A DNA stretch of 57,961 bases, filler included, from Basidiobolus ranarum (Eukaryota), in assembly GCA_040143965.1 (NCBI GenBank). It is 7 parts of 7 records of this genome, joined end to end, with 100 filler letters (N's around TTAATTAATTAA, not from the genome) between each part and the next. Parts side by side here need not be neighbours in the genome. Positions count along the whole stretch, not along the records: positions 1 to 8,222 come from JASJQH010007875.1; positions 8,323 to 16,532 come from JASJQH010007876.1; 5 more parts are not named here. One strand, given 5' to 3'. Both the position numbers and the translations under genes were made by a program. Under the pieces are notes generated by a model that saw nothing but the letters and a program-made list of their open reading frames with translations, made no database searches and was not told the DNA's origin. Positions 1-11,792 of the stretch are shown here, in pieces. Numbering within the stretch: the first letter of the stretch is position 1; every line of letters begins with the position of its first letter.

Positions 1-3000
1 AACAGGAGGACAATGGGGAGGCCACAGTATGGTAAATGTCGAAACAGCCGAGCAAGAGTTCAAAGATCTTGGTCGTACCCTTACTCGAGAAACCGCTCTT
101 CAACGCATTACTACGAGACAGAGTAAACTAGGCGGTGAGCCCGAGAAGAACGGGGTTGAACCACCAGATTTCGATCTATCCGATTTCTTGACAGAAACTA
201 CCGATGCGCACAACAGAGAAGGGATTAAGCGCAAGCGCATGGGAGTGACCTTCAGAGATCTGACAGTGGTCGGAGAGGGTGCTGATGCCTCTCATATCTC
301 CGATCTACTCACACCATTGGAGATAATTGGCCGATGGCTCAATCCTAAGAACTGGTTTTCGAAGACTCAGCGCGGTACTGACTTTGATATTCTCCATGAG
401 ATCACTGGCTTTTGTAGAGACGGTGAGATGCTGTTAGTGCTTGGCCGCCCAGGGTCTGGTTGCTCCACTTTCCTGCGAGTCATTGCAAACAACACCAAGG
501 ACTACAAGAAGGTAACAGGTGAGGTGGCCTATGGTGGAGTAAGTGCGGAAGAGTTCAAAAAGTATCGCGGTGACAGTGTGTACGTCATGGAAGAAGATGT
601 CCATTATCCGACATTGACCGTGGCCCAAACATTGCAATTCGCCCTCAAGACAAAGACTCCCGGTAAGCGTCTCCCTAACCAGACCAGAACTATGTTCGTA
701 GAGAGTATTCTTCATATGTTGGGGAGCATGTTTGGACTGAACAAAGCTATGAACACACTTGTGGGTAACGAATTTGTCAGAGGCCTATCGGGTGGTGAAC
801 GTAAACGTCTTAGGTAAGTTCAAGCAGAGCTGCTCAAGAGACTCTCAATTGATGTAACATGCACATAGATATGAACATAATTGCTAACACTCGTTGAATT
901 TAGTATTGCCGAAGCTATGGCCTCACGCAGTGCCATCAACTGCTGGGATTGCAGTACTCGAGGTTTAGATGCTGCAAGTGCCCTTGATTATGCCAAATCG
1001 CTTCGTGTCATGAGCAACACCCTACATAAGACAACTATCGCCTCTTTCTACCAAGCATCCGAGAGCATCTTCTATCAGTTCGACAAGGTGATAATCCTTG
1101 ACAAAGGAAGATGTATTTTCCTTGGACCAGTGCATCGAGCCAAGTCGTACTTCGAAGAGCTCGGGTTTGTGTGCCCCTCTCGCAAGAGTACCCCAGATTT
1201 CCTTACGGGTATCACGAATCCCCATGAGCGATTGATTGCTCCAGGATGGGAAGGAAAGACACCAATGACTGCGGCAGACTTTGAGCAGGCATTCCGAGCA
1301 TCATCAGACTACAAGGTACTTCTGGAGGAAATGCAGAATTACGATCTTTGGATCAAAGAGCAGAACCCCGCTGACGAGTTCCGCGGTCACCTTCTCGAGG
1401 CCAAGGCTAAAACACTTCCGAAAAAGTCGCCCTACACTACATCATATTTTTCAGAGATTAAAGCATTAATGGTTCGCCAACTCCAATTGATCTGGGGTGA
1501 CAAAGCATCTTTGGCTTCCAGAGCTTTCTCGGTGACCTCCAAGGGTCTCATTTACGCCTCCGTATTCTACCTGATGCCATTGACAGGTCTTGGAACATTT
1601 TCTCGTGGTGGTGCTCTCTTCTCTGTGGTTCTGTTCATGTCACTGGTATCTCAGTCTGAGTTGCCAAACGCATTGCAGGGGCGTGGTATCCTCCAGAAGC
1701 ATAAGGCTTATGCTATGTATCATCCTTCATCCTTCCATATCGCCCAAGTTGTCTGTGACATTCCAATGAATATTGTACAATCTATAGTCTTCACTTTATG
1801 TAGTTACTTCATGTTTGGTCTTGATCTTCGTGCGGACAAGTTCTTCTTTTACTGGTTCTGTGTGTTCATGATCTCCATGTGTATGACCGCATACTATCGT
1901 TTGTGTGGTGCCATATCAAAGAACTACTTCCTTGCTAGTCAACTCTCGGGAACAATATGGATTGCACTACTTTGCTATGCTGGTTACCTCATTCCTTACC
2001 CTGAGATGCATCCCTGGTTAATGTGGATCTTTTGGATCAATCCTATGGCCTATGGGTTCAAGGCACTTCTCACCAATGAAATGCGTGATCTTCAGTTTAG
2101 CTGTGATGGTGAAAATGCAATCCCATTCGGACCCAGCTACACCAACCCACAGTACAGAAGTTGCACTATTGCCGGAAGTCAACCAGGCCAGTTATCAGTT
2201 CTTGGTGATGACTATCTGAGAGCAACATACAGATACGAAACATCTCAAATGGGCATTGATATTGTGGCCGTGATCCTATTCTGGCTGTTCTTTGTTGCTT
2301 GTACTGCGCTGGCTCTCGAGAAGATCGAATTCACTCATAGTGGTACCACTCGTAGTGTTTACAAAAAGGGTATGGCTCCTAAGAAAAACGATATCGCAAC
2401 TGAGGAGAAGGAACTCAAGAATCAGGCATTGGACGAGAAGAATGCTGATGGTCAGACGATGGACTTGAACACCAATACTACATTTACTTGGCAGCATATC
2501 AATTACACTGTTCCTGTCAAAGGTGGTGAGCGCCAACTGCTTGACGACATCGGTGGTTGGATCAAGCCTGGAGAGATGACAGCCTTGATGGGTAGTTCTG
2601 GTGCGGGTAAAACTACTTTACTGGATGTTCTCTCAAAGAGAAAGACAATTGGTAAAATTGAAGGAAGAATGTACTTGAATGGAGAGCCGCTTGGCATTGA
2701 CTTTGAACGTATTACTGGCTACTGCGAGCAGATGGATGTCCACAATCCGGCTGTAAGTAGATTTTTCTTTTTTGAGTATTCGTACGATTATGAATGTAGT
2801 GATGTAGAGCGAGCAGGGGAGTGAGGTATTGGCGGTATATATCCATCTCATTCTCCATACTCTGCTCCATTACAACTGCAATAATCATCAAGTATACAGA
2901 CGAATGAATGACTAAATATTTCATTTCTTGTTTCGTCTATCTAGGCAACAGTCCGTGAGGCCCTTAGATTCTCTGCCTACCTTCGCCAAGCTCCCGAAGT

Positions 3001-4549
3001 ACCCAAGGAGGAGAAGGATGCCTATGTTGAGGAAATCCTGCGCTTAATGGAAATGGAACATATTGCCGAGGCCCTGATCGGTGATCTGGAGTCAGGAGCT
3101 GGTATCTCAGTGGAAGAGCGTAAACGACTGACAATCGGTATTGAGTTGGTGGCCAAGCCCAAGATTCTTTTCTTGGATGAGCCAACATCGGGACTTGACG
3201 CGCAAAGCTCCTACAATATCATCAAGTTTGTACGCAAGTTGGCTGATCATGGAATGCCTTTAGTGTGTACCATTCATCAGCCTAGCTCCATTCTTTTCGA
3301 ATACTTCGATCGCTTGTTGCTGTTGGCTCGTGGAGGTAAAACTGTGTACTTTGGTCCTATTGGCCAGAACTCAAGAGTGATGTTGGATTATTTCGAGCGC
3401 AATGGTGCTCCACCTTGTCCATCGGAGGCCAATCCTTCCGAGTACATCTTGGACTGTATCGGTGCTGGTATCAATGGAAAATCCAAGGCTGACTGGACTC
3501 AACTATGGAAGGATTCCCCTGAAGCCATTGCCATCCAGAATGAGCTGGAAGAGGTACAGACGAATATCAAGCCTAAGAATCCACATGTCCGAGAGTTTGC
3601 TACTGGCGAGTGGGAACAGTTCAAGCTTGTGTACAAGCGTATGAACAAGACTTGGTGGCGTTCCCCCGACTACAACATGGGACGATTTGCTAAGGTTATT
3701 GTTGTCTGTCTACTCAACGGATTCTCTTTCTGGAAACTCGGGGATTCGGCTGTTGATTTGCAAGCCAGAGTTTTCTCCATCTTCCAGGTTCTAGTCCTTG
3801 GTACCTCACTCGTAGTTCTTGCCCAACCTAAATTTATGTCGGAACGTTTGTGGTTCAAGCGTGAGTATGCCTCTAAACTCTACGGCTGGCGTCCATTCGG
3901 AATGTCTATTGTCCTTGTGGAACTGCCCTATCTCATCATTTGTGCAGCATTGTGTATGTTCTGCGTCTACTGGACTATCGGCTTCCAAGCGGTCAGTGAT
4001 CGTGAAGGATACTACTTTATCATGTTCCTATTTTTCATGTTCTTCTCCTGCTCTTTCGGTCAGATGGTGGCCGCCGCTTCAGCCTCTCTTACCCAAGCAT
4101 CCATCTTCAACTCCTTCCTAAACTCCTTCCTCAACTTGTTTGCCGGTTTGCTGATGACTCCTCAAGGACTTCCTTCCTTTTGGCGTTCATGGATGTACTG
4201 GCTTGACCCTTACCACTATTTCCTAGAGGGATTGATGGTCAATGAGCTGGAAGGCTTTAAGGTCAACTGTAAAGAGTCTGACTATATCAAGTTCTTCTCC
4301 CCTGATGGACAGACCTGTCAACAATATGCTCAGGAGTTCTTAAATGAGGCCACTGGATACCTAGCTGACAATAGCACCACCGGCCTGTGCCGTTACTGCC
4401 CATACACATATGGTCAAGATTTCACCGCTACCCTAGACTGGGATTTCAGTCATCGTTGGAGAAATCTTGGTATTACCATTGGATTCTGGATTTTTAATGT
4501 ATTTGCTACTTTGGTGTTCATCTGGATCTTCAGGAAGACCAAGCGTTAA
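1..4549 (+). CDS. Full-size ABCG/PDR-family (pleiotropic drug resistance) ABC transporter, 5'-truncated; introns 814-903 and 2753-2944
   Basis: NBD-TMD-NBD-TMD order. NBD1 has Walker A GRPGSGCST, signature LSGGERKR and CWDCSTRGLD; NBD2 has GSSGAGKTT, SVEERKRLTIGIEL, LFLDEPTSGLD and CTIHQPS. GT..AG introns join the three ORFs in frame. Confidence 0.95.
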
Positions 4550-7414
4550 TCTTTCATCTCTCTATTTAATTTATTTCTATTATATAGAATTGAGAACGAT
4601 TGAACTTTTTCTATCGACCTCCTATATAACATGTACTCGATAGGCTCTATTGTCTACAACATATAAAATCAATAAACAAATAATTTAGTATTTTTGTTTT
4701 GATTGGCATTTAATATGATTATTATATAACTTTGAATGAATCAACAATACTCGAGGTAAATCTTTAATTTCAGCCCCTTACTTGATATTTGGAACAGTTT
4801 TTAACTGAATTGTCCGAGAATACCTAATCAATAGTTTTATATGAAAACCACTTTCTTCTAATACCGGCGGGAAATCTTTTATTGGACAATCGAGCATTAC
4901 CCGGTTTTTTTACAATTGGCAGGATAACCACGTGACTTTGCCTCTACAAAAACTTAGGGCAATCGAGATAAACCATAACGGTTATGAAGATCCCTGTACA
5001 CCAATTGCCATATTCTCAACTCCCGTCAGTCATGAAACGTCGGACTCACAAACAAATTAAACTCTTGCACACTACGAATCCTACTTGCATATTAGTACTT
5101 ATTGACCCAACTCTAACTTTGGTTAGCAATCTTTTGGTGGTGTGAGCTGGTTTATGTTCATTGGATACTCACAAGTGATATTACAGTTAGAACACTTATT
5201 TCGAAACACTCCGTTGTCCCTCCCAACTACCAGTCAGATTTGAGCAGAGAATAACCAGCATTCTTGAAACTGTGAGTGAGAAGAGGTTTACGCAAAAACT
5301 TACACCCAAATATTCTAAGCATGATCTTCAATGAGCCCACTCCTTAAAAAACTCTCTGTTGCTTTAAGCACATTTTAAAAAGGTTTAGTGACCTACTCTT
5401 ATTATTTGCACTAACAAAACGAATGATCCATCTCTCTCATTCACTTCCCCTGAGGTCTGCATAGACATGAACCCTACAGGCCTGTACTTGGAAATCAATT
5501 GAACAATTGATATCTAGTTTCAAACATACACGAAACCATCGCATATTCTGGTGTAGACGATCAGCCGATCCTGCATCAGCAAGTTCTTGGTATTTTTGAA
5601 TTTCCTACCAAATGTCTATTTATATTTCCCTTTCATTTTCGATAGGAGTGAATCCAGCACCTTGCATAGGTTTGATAGTACTATTATTGAAACGGATTGC
5701 TCCTTGGATTATAAAACGGCAGACATCCCAGCTACTAGCAGCTCAGTAGTTTCAACGAATATCCTTGTCTTTCTTTGCAAACACAAATCTTTGATATCTC
5801 TTATTCGGACACTGTTGCTTCCATCTGGCTGCACTCATACTCTAGATATATAGTCTTCTGCCTTGCATTTCGGCAATACCTCTTCTTGAATTCACATTGA
5901 AAAAGGACTGTTCAAGTCAATACAGCGATGGATCAACTTCGAGTCAATATTCTTGCTAGCACTGGGTATATTCATGAGACTTTTGCTACCCTGTTCCAAG
6001 TCAACGAAACTGTTGGAATCGTCTACCCAACCAGGAAACCAACGGATTCAGTAACTCAAACCCATGATAGTCAATTAGATCTCTCATCCATAGAATCCAC
6101 CAGGGCATCTGAGCTAATAGAGATCACAGCAGTTTGAGTAGTCAAAACTTCACAATATTTCTCTGATATTTTCAGCAACCTTAGTGCATTTTCTGTTCCT
6201 TTTCATATAATTGAGCAATAGCGTCAATATTGAAGCTAAACATTAGACTCTCCATTTGATGCTCACGCACGCTCCATTTTCCACTTAGTTACTTGCTATT
6301 AAACAAAAGTTATTGCACCATACATAAGTAAACCACATTTATTATCTCTTTTCATCAGTATAAAATCTAGTAATGTGTTGGCCCATTAAGAGTGGATTGA
6401 ATCCACTTTGGTTATATAAGCAAAATGGTCATGATAAAACATCTCACCCTCCATGCACGACGTATAACACGAATTCAAAGCATCATATTCATGGATACAG
6501 CTTGAGCATTTGATATTTAGCGCTATTAGTCGATACATAAAGTATACCCGTATTTGAAGTCATTCACAAAAATCAGAAAACGAGCGTAAAAAAACAATCC
6601 ATCACATATTGGCCACCCTCATATACTTTAGAACAAATATTTGCTCTGAATACAAACATAATACATTCTTGTAAACGAGTTTGTTATTCGTGAGGATAAA
6701 TAATTTTTTCTTGACTGGAAGGTACAGAAGTTATGCTTTATCTTCTGAATCTGTACATCCTTTTTTTATCTCCCACTTCATGAGTTTTTTGCTGGTATGT
6801 CTGTTGCGATTTTCCTCTATTTTGTATTATATCTGGACCACAACATGGAATCCCATTACTTTTCTCCACACGCTGCTGCTCTTTTAATCTTAAGGTTAGC
6901 TTCAACTGGTATTTTTACAGGTACGTACTTGGACTCACCATATGAGTCTAGGGTTTGAACTCTTCCAAGGAAGACAGCTTCTCTACTGACCATTCTAAAC
7001 CAGGAATTTTCAAGTAGCCATGGCTATATAAACGTACAACACTCATTTTTAAATATCATAATCGTTAGTTTCTATGGAATGTCGATAGCACCGTTGCATT
7101 ACTCTTTTCTGTAGAGTGGCATACTTTATTGACATGTCAACAAGCAGAAGAAAGTTTGATAAGCTATCAGCAATAAATTTAAGAATAAAAAGAATCTAGA
7201 ATCATAAAGATATTAACCAAGTACCTCGAATACTCCAACCTCAAGTAAAAACCAACAGTAATTTATCAAGCTTTCGTATTCGCGTGACCCAGTGTCAGTG
7301 TCAAACAAGTTGATTCAATCAAAAAGGCGACAATTGTGCATTGGTGCTGACTTGCAAATTACTACTACATGCAAAGAGATCTTGGATAGAGGAATGAAAG
7401 CGAACGAGATAGAC

Positions 7415-8222
7415 TCATTTCTTTCGAACAGCAAAATATATGATTACGGCTATAATGACCAGAACTATTATAGCCATCAGAGTCAAGATTCTGTGTTTTG
7501 TTCGTAGAGACAACATGATCGTTTTACTTTTATCTAATTCACTGTTCCCTTCACTCAATTGATCGTTTACTATCATGACCTTCTCATCAACTTTCTGAAG
7601 AGATTCCTGTTGTTCCTCAACCAGTTCATGAACCTGCCTAAATAACAAATCTAACTCCCCGATCATCCTCGTAATTTCAACAATATCTTGATGACGATCC
7701 TTTACTAGTTGTACGGTGTGACTTGCCTCATTCTTCCTTAGAATCTTTGGAGCGAAGTATTAGCAATGTTATTGGATTTTTCAATAAATCAGACTGCATC
7801 TGATATCATTAGTGTTCACTTACTGCACTAGCAAACACTTGATCATTAGGTGTGTTGGTAATATGTTCCTCTATTTCTGCCTCTGTGGCCTCTGGATGAA
7901 CCATTGCGTAATGGCGCCTCAGCATATTCTTATAGCTTTCTTCTCCATTTTGCTCTGTCTCCTGGTACTTCTTGAGGGTGTTTTCAAGTTGGATCTTTGC
8001 TCCCGCGCACTGTAAAGAGACATATCTGTTATTCATTCGCTTCCAGGACTCGCTTATTAAAGAAGCTGCTAACTTACTCTTCGTCGACGTAATTCCACAT
8101 CGTCAGATTGAAGGATATTCCGATAGAGAACTATGGACCGTTTGTTGTCAATTAGTCACGGATCATTAAGATGATGAACAAAGAGAAAAAGTAACGGTTG
8201 GGTACCCTTTAGATGGCTTCTA
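7415..8222 (-). CDS. Syntaxin (Qa-SNARE, Sso1/Sso2-like), 5'-truncated at the contig end, multi-exon
   Basis: Habc-end sequence RRHYAMVHPEATEAEIE, SNARE heptad RHQDIVEITRMIGELDLLFRQVHELVEEQQE, and a C-terminal TM helix followed by RKK. Confidence 0.85.
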
Positions 8223-8322
8223 NNNNNNNNNNNNNNNNNNNNNNNNNNNNNNNNNNNNNNNNNNNNTTAATTAATTAANNNNNNNNNNNNNNNNNNNNNN
8301 NNNNNNNNNNNNNNNNNNNNNN
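8223..8322. other. Artificial contig spacer N44-TTAATTAATTAA-N44 (also at 16533-16632, 24835-24934, 33127-33226, 41410-41509, 49689-49788)
   Basis: An identical 100-nt spacer with stops in all six frames occurs six times; the flanking segments decrease monotonically in length. Confidence 0.98.
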
Positions 8323-8783
8323 ATGCAAGCTACCTATGCAAGCGAGTTGTATTCTAATAAATCTCCGCCCATATATTCGAATTCCCTCCATATTTCCGAT
8401 GGATGTGGTTTGTGCAGCATTACTGCATCTTTGCGATGAGGGCTAGGTTACATATTACCAATAATTAAATCATAATATGTGAAATGCTACCTATCGCCTC
8501 TAACCATCATTTAAGCAAACTACCCATCCCTTTTTAATCATCAGTTAAGCAAATTATCTGTTCCTTTTAATCATCGTTTAAACAAATTATTAATTATTGG
8601 TAATCATACTAAGATTTAATTTTCTCGTTTGAGGATTACGTATTCCGTGTAGAAGTAATTCTAAGGTTATTATCAAGGGGAATAGAAAAGACAGTGTAGT
8701 GAGAAATACCTCTATTTATCATATAAAACCTTCTAACGTGTGCTTGAGTTTCCCAAAGAAAGAGGAACTTTGTGAAATACAAT

Positions 8784-9919
8784 ATGGTACTATATTATTG
8801 TTTTTACTTTCTTTGATTCAATACTTGCTTTAAACACTTTTTGAAAATCCATAATAACCTCCCATCTTTGATATTTTACTTGGAACTTAGTTTAGAAACC
8901 AATACGATAACGATATCTCTACTTGGAGTCCACAAGGACGTATCCATCAAGTGGAATACGCTTTAGAGGCCGTAAAACAAGGTTCCGCTGCGGTGGGTTT
9001 ACGTTCAAATACCCATGCGGTCTTGGTTGGTTTGAAAGTAAGTGAATATTCGATGTATGTTTACGGTAGATCAAGAGAGTTTAATTGTGGATGGAATTGT
9101 AGAGAACCCCCGGTGAACTCGCTTCCTATCAAAAGAAATTGTACCGTGTGGACGATCACATGGGTATTGCCATTGCCGGTTTAACTTCTGATGCCCGTGT
9201 TTTAAGGTATTATATATATGCTTAAACAAACATTATTCACCATTTGCTTATACTATTTACTTTGAACTAACTGATGAATTTTACTTAGTAATTTCATGAG
9301 AGCTGAAGCTATGAAGTCTAAAATGTTGTACAATCGTCCACTCCCCATTTTCCGTATTGTTTCTGCTATTGCTGACAGTAAGTTCATAATTGTTATTACT
9401 CTGACTAGCTCGATTTACTAATGACAATTACTTTATCTTAGAGGCTCAAGTTAACACTCAAAATTATGGAAACAGACCCTACGGTGTTGGATTACTTGTG
9501 ATTGGATACGATGTTAGTTCTCTTTGATTCCCTCTGCGTCATCTTATTCATCACCGCTTACTTATGCAAATCTATTTCTATAGGAAACTGGACCACATCT
9601 GTATGAATGTACTCCAGCTGGTACCAACTTCGAGTACTTCGCTATGTCCATCGGATCACGATCCCAATCAGCCAAGACCTATTTGGAAAGACAATACTCG
9701 GAGTTCCCCGAATGCTCATTGAATGAATTGATACGACATGGTATTCGTGCATTAAACGAAACTTTACAACAAGATAAAGAGCTCACTTTGGAGAATTGTA
9801 CTTTGGCATATGTTGGTAAAGATACTTCTTTCCAAATTATTGAAGGCCCTGAATTAGAAGAATATTTCGATGTTTTGACCAAGAAATCCGAAGATGTTGC
9901 CCCAATGGAAACTGAATAA
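8784..9919 (+). CDS. PRE5: 20S proteasome subunit alpha6 (PSMA1/Pre5), 6 exons; the first exon is only ATG
   Basis: ATG, intron 8787-8890, then [32 protein letters not shown]; also contains [11 protein letters not shown] and [15 protein letters not shown]. Confidence 0.93.
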
Positions 9920-10369
9920 ACCCTAGTTATGGCTTGCTTCACTGATGTTCTTTTCTATTCCTCGTACCCTCCCCTCTTACTCTGTAATTAACTAAGCAAA
10001 GCATCATTACTCTAATTAAAATGTTGGATGTATACGAACCACTTGGTAACGGATCAACACAATTCAATCACATACATTATTAATGCGGAGTTTATTAGCT
10101 CAGCTAAGAAACAAAGTACAAGGGTTTATAGAAAGATTATTTTAAAGGCGAAAGAGAGAAAAAATATGGTACATACTGTAAGTAAGTAAATATTAATAAA
10201 ATGAAGTTAAGCTTATCAATTCAAAACAAATCATAGAATACATTGAAGCTACCAAAATCCCCGGAGAAAAGAAAGGGATGTAGGGTAGATGCCGTGGACG
10301 AAGACAGAGGCAAGGATAAGGGTAACGGTAAAGGTGAAAGAAATGTTAATGAATGATTTAAATCTTCAC

Positions 10370-11294
10370 TCAGTTCTCTTCCTGAATCGTTCCAGGGAAC
10401 TGGAATTCAGTGTTATGAGTCGAATTAAGCGACGCTGTTTCGGGGTTAGATTCAAATTCAGATATTGTAGGTATCGGTGGCTGTCTATGCGCGAATAAAC
10501 TCATTCGTCTGGCAAGAGCTGCACGCTCTCGTTCTCGTCCATGCTCAACATCAATTGGAATTGACCTACGTCGAACCGCAAAATTAGGAAATGGGTGTGG
10601 TCCTTGTGCTGATAGTACCGAAGGAACTTGAGGAGATTGTGTATTGGGGTTCCTGGAAGTAGGGGCTCGTGAAGAATGGCTGTGGTTTAGTCTAGCCATA
10701 GCTGCTTGTCGCTGTAACAATGCTGTGAGATGTCGTGAATGGTCTCGTGAAAGTCTTCGTTCCATATGAGGTCGTATAACATGAGAGCTACTGCCAGAAG
10801 TTTCAGGAATATTTGGGGAAAGAGGGCTCGATAGAATTCCACCTGCTTCATGACGTGATGGTGGCAATACTTGGAATATCGAACTAAGATTAGGGTGATG
10901 ACGCTGTAGCTCTGAATAAGTTTGGTGAGAGCGCTTCTTTCGGTGTCTTTGTGTGGTATCCTATAAGAGAAATCCATCAGATATTTGTCTAATAAATGTA
11001 AACATATTCTTTGAGAAATTCTAACCTTGACTAGAAATTCAAACAAACGGCGAATAAAATGGTCATTCTCATCGAAGGTTTCCACAAAGCTCTGGTAACT
11101 TATAGGAGGTTCAGCCTGCATTAATAAAGCACAACAGTCAGTACAATATAAATCAAATATTGGATAGGTGACTATCTCATAGCCCGACATTTACGTACAT
11201 TGTCTTTCTCACTTTTCTCAGAGATTTCATTGAACAATTTTTTCATCTTTCTAAGTAACTCGTCGTCATAAGATTTTTCAGCCCATTTCCCCAT
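10370..11294 (-). CDS. Uncharacterised fungal protein (MGKWAEKSYDDELL... N-terminus, disordered C-terminus), 3 exons
   Basis: ATG at 11294. Spliced reading: MGKWAEKSYDDELLRKMKKLF..KDN | AEPPISYQSFVETFDENDHFIRRLFEFLVK | DTTQRH.., continuing into ORF 10370-10867. Confidence 0.6.
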
Positions 11295-11792
11295 TTTCAC
11301 TTGAGTTGTATCTTCTTGAGGTTTAGTTGAACGGTGAAATTTGGTTGGGGGAATGCCGGGAAAAGGAAATTCTTGTCACAGTTTAGCGTGGTAAATACTA
11401 GTGAATATAGTGTAGGTGGTCTTGTGGTATTTGATTGTGACTTCAAAGTGAAAGAGAAAAAAAAGCAAAGGTCATTTGATTCCATGGAAAAAAAGACCAC
11501 TTGTTCCATAATTTGATCAACATTTGTCATTTGCCCTGCTATTGATACCTATCATCACTGCAACGTGACTGTATTTATCTATGATCTATCCATGGATCTC
11601 CGGTTATCATGTGATTTGAATACGATGAATCCCGCAGCATAGCAGGTGGTTTATTTATTGGTGCTAAGAGCAGGAAATAAGCGCAGGAAATTAATGTAAG
11701 AATATCAATGAAGTGCGCGTATCTAGACATGTACAATGAAAGAGATTTTGGGGGTGAGCGTGGAAGTGGAGTGGGCCGTTGGATGGAGCGAA

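Noticed and set aside
8267-8278. Recurrent TTAATTAATTAA palindrome as a biological motif
   Set aside because: Always centred in identical N-runs; it is an assembly linker with stops in six frames.
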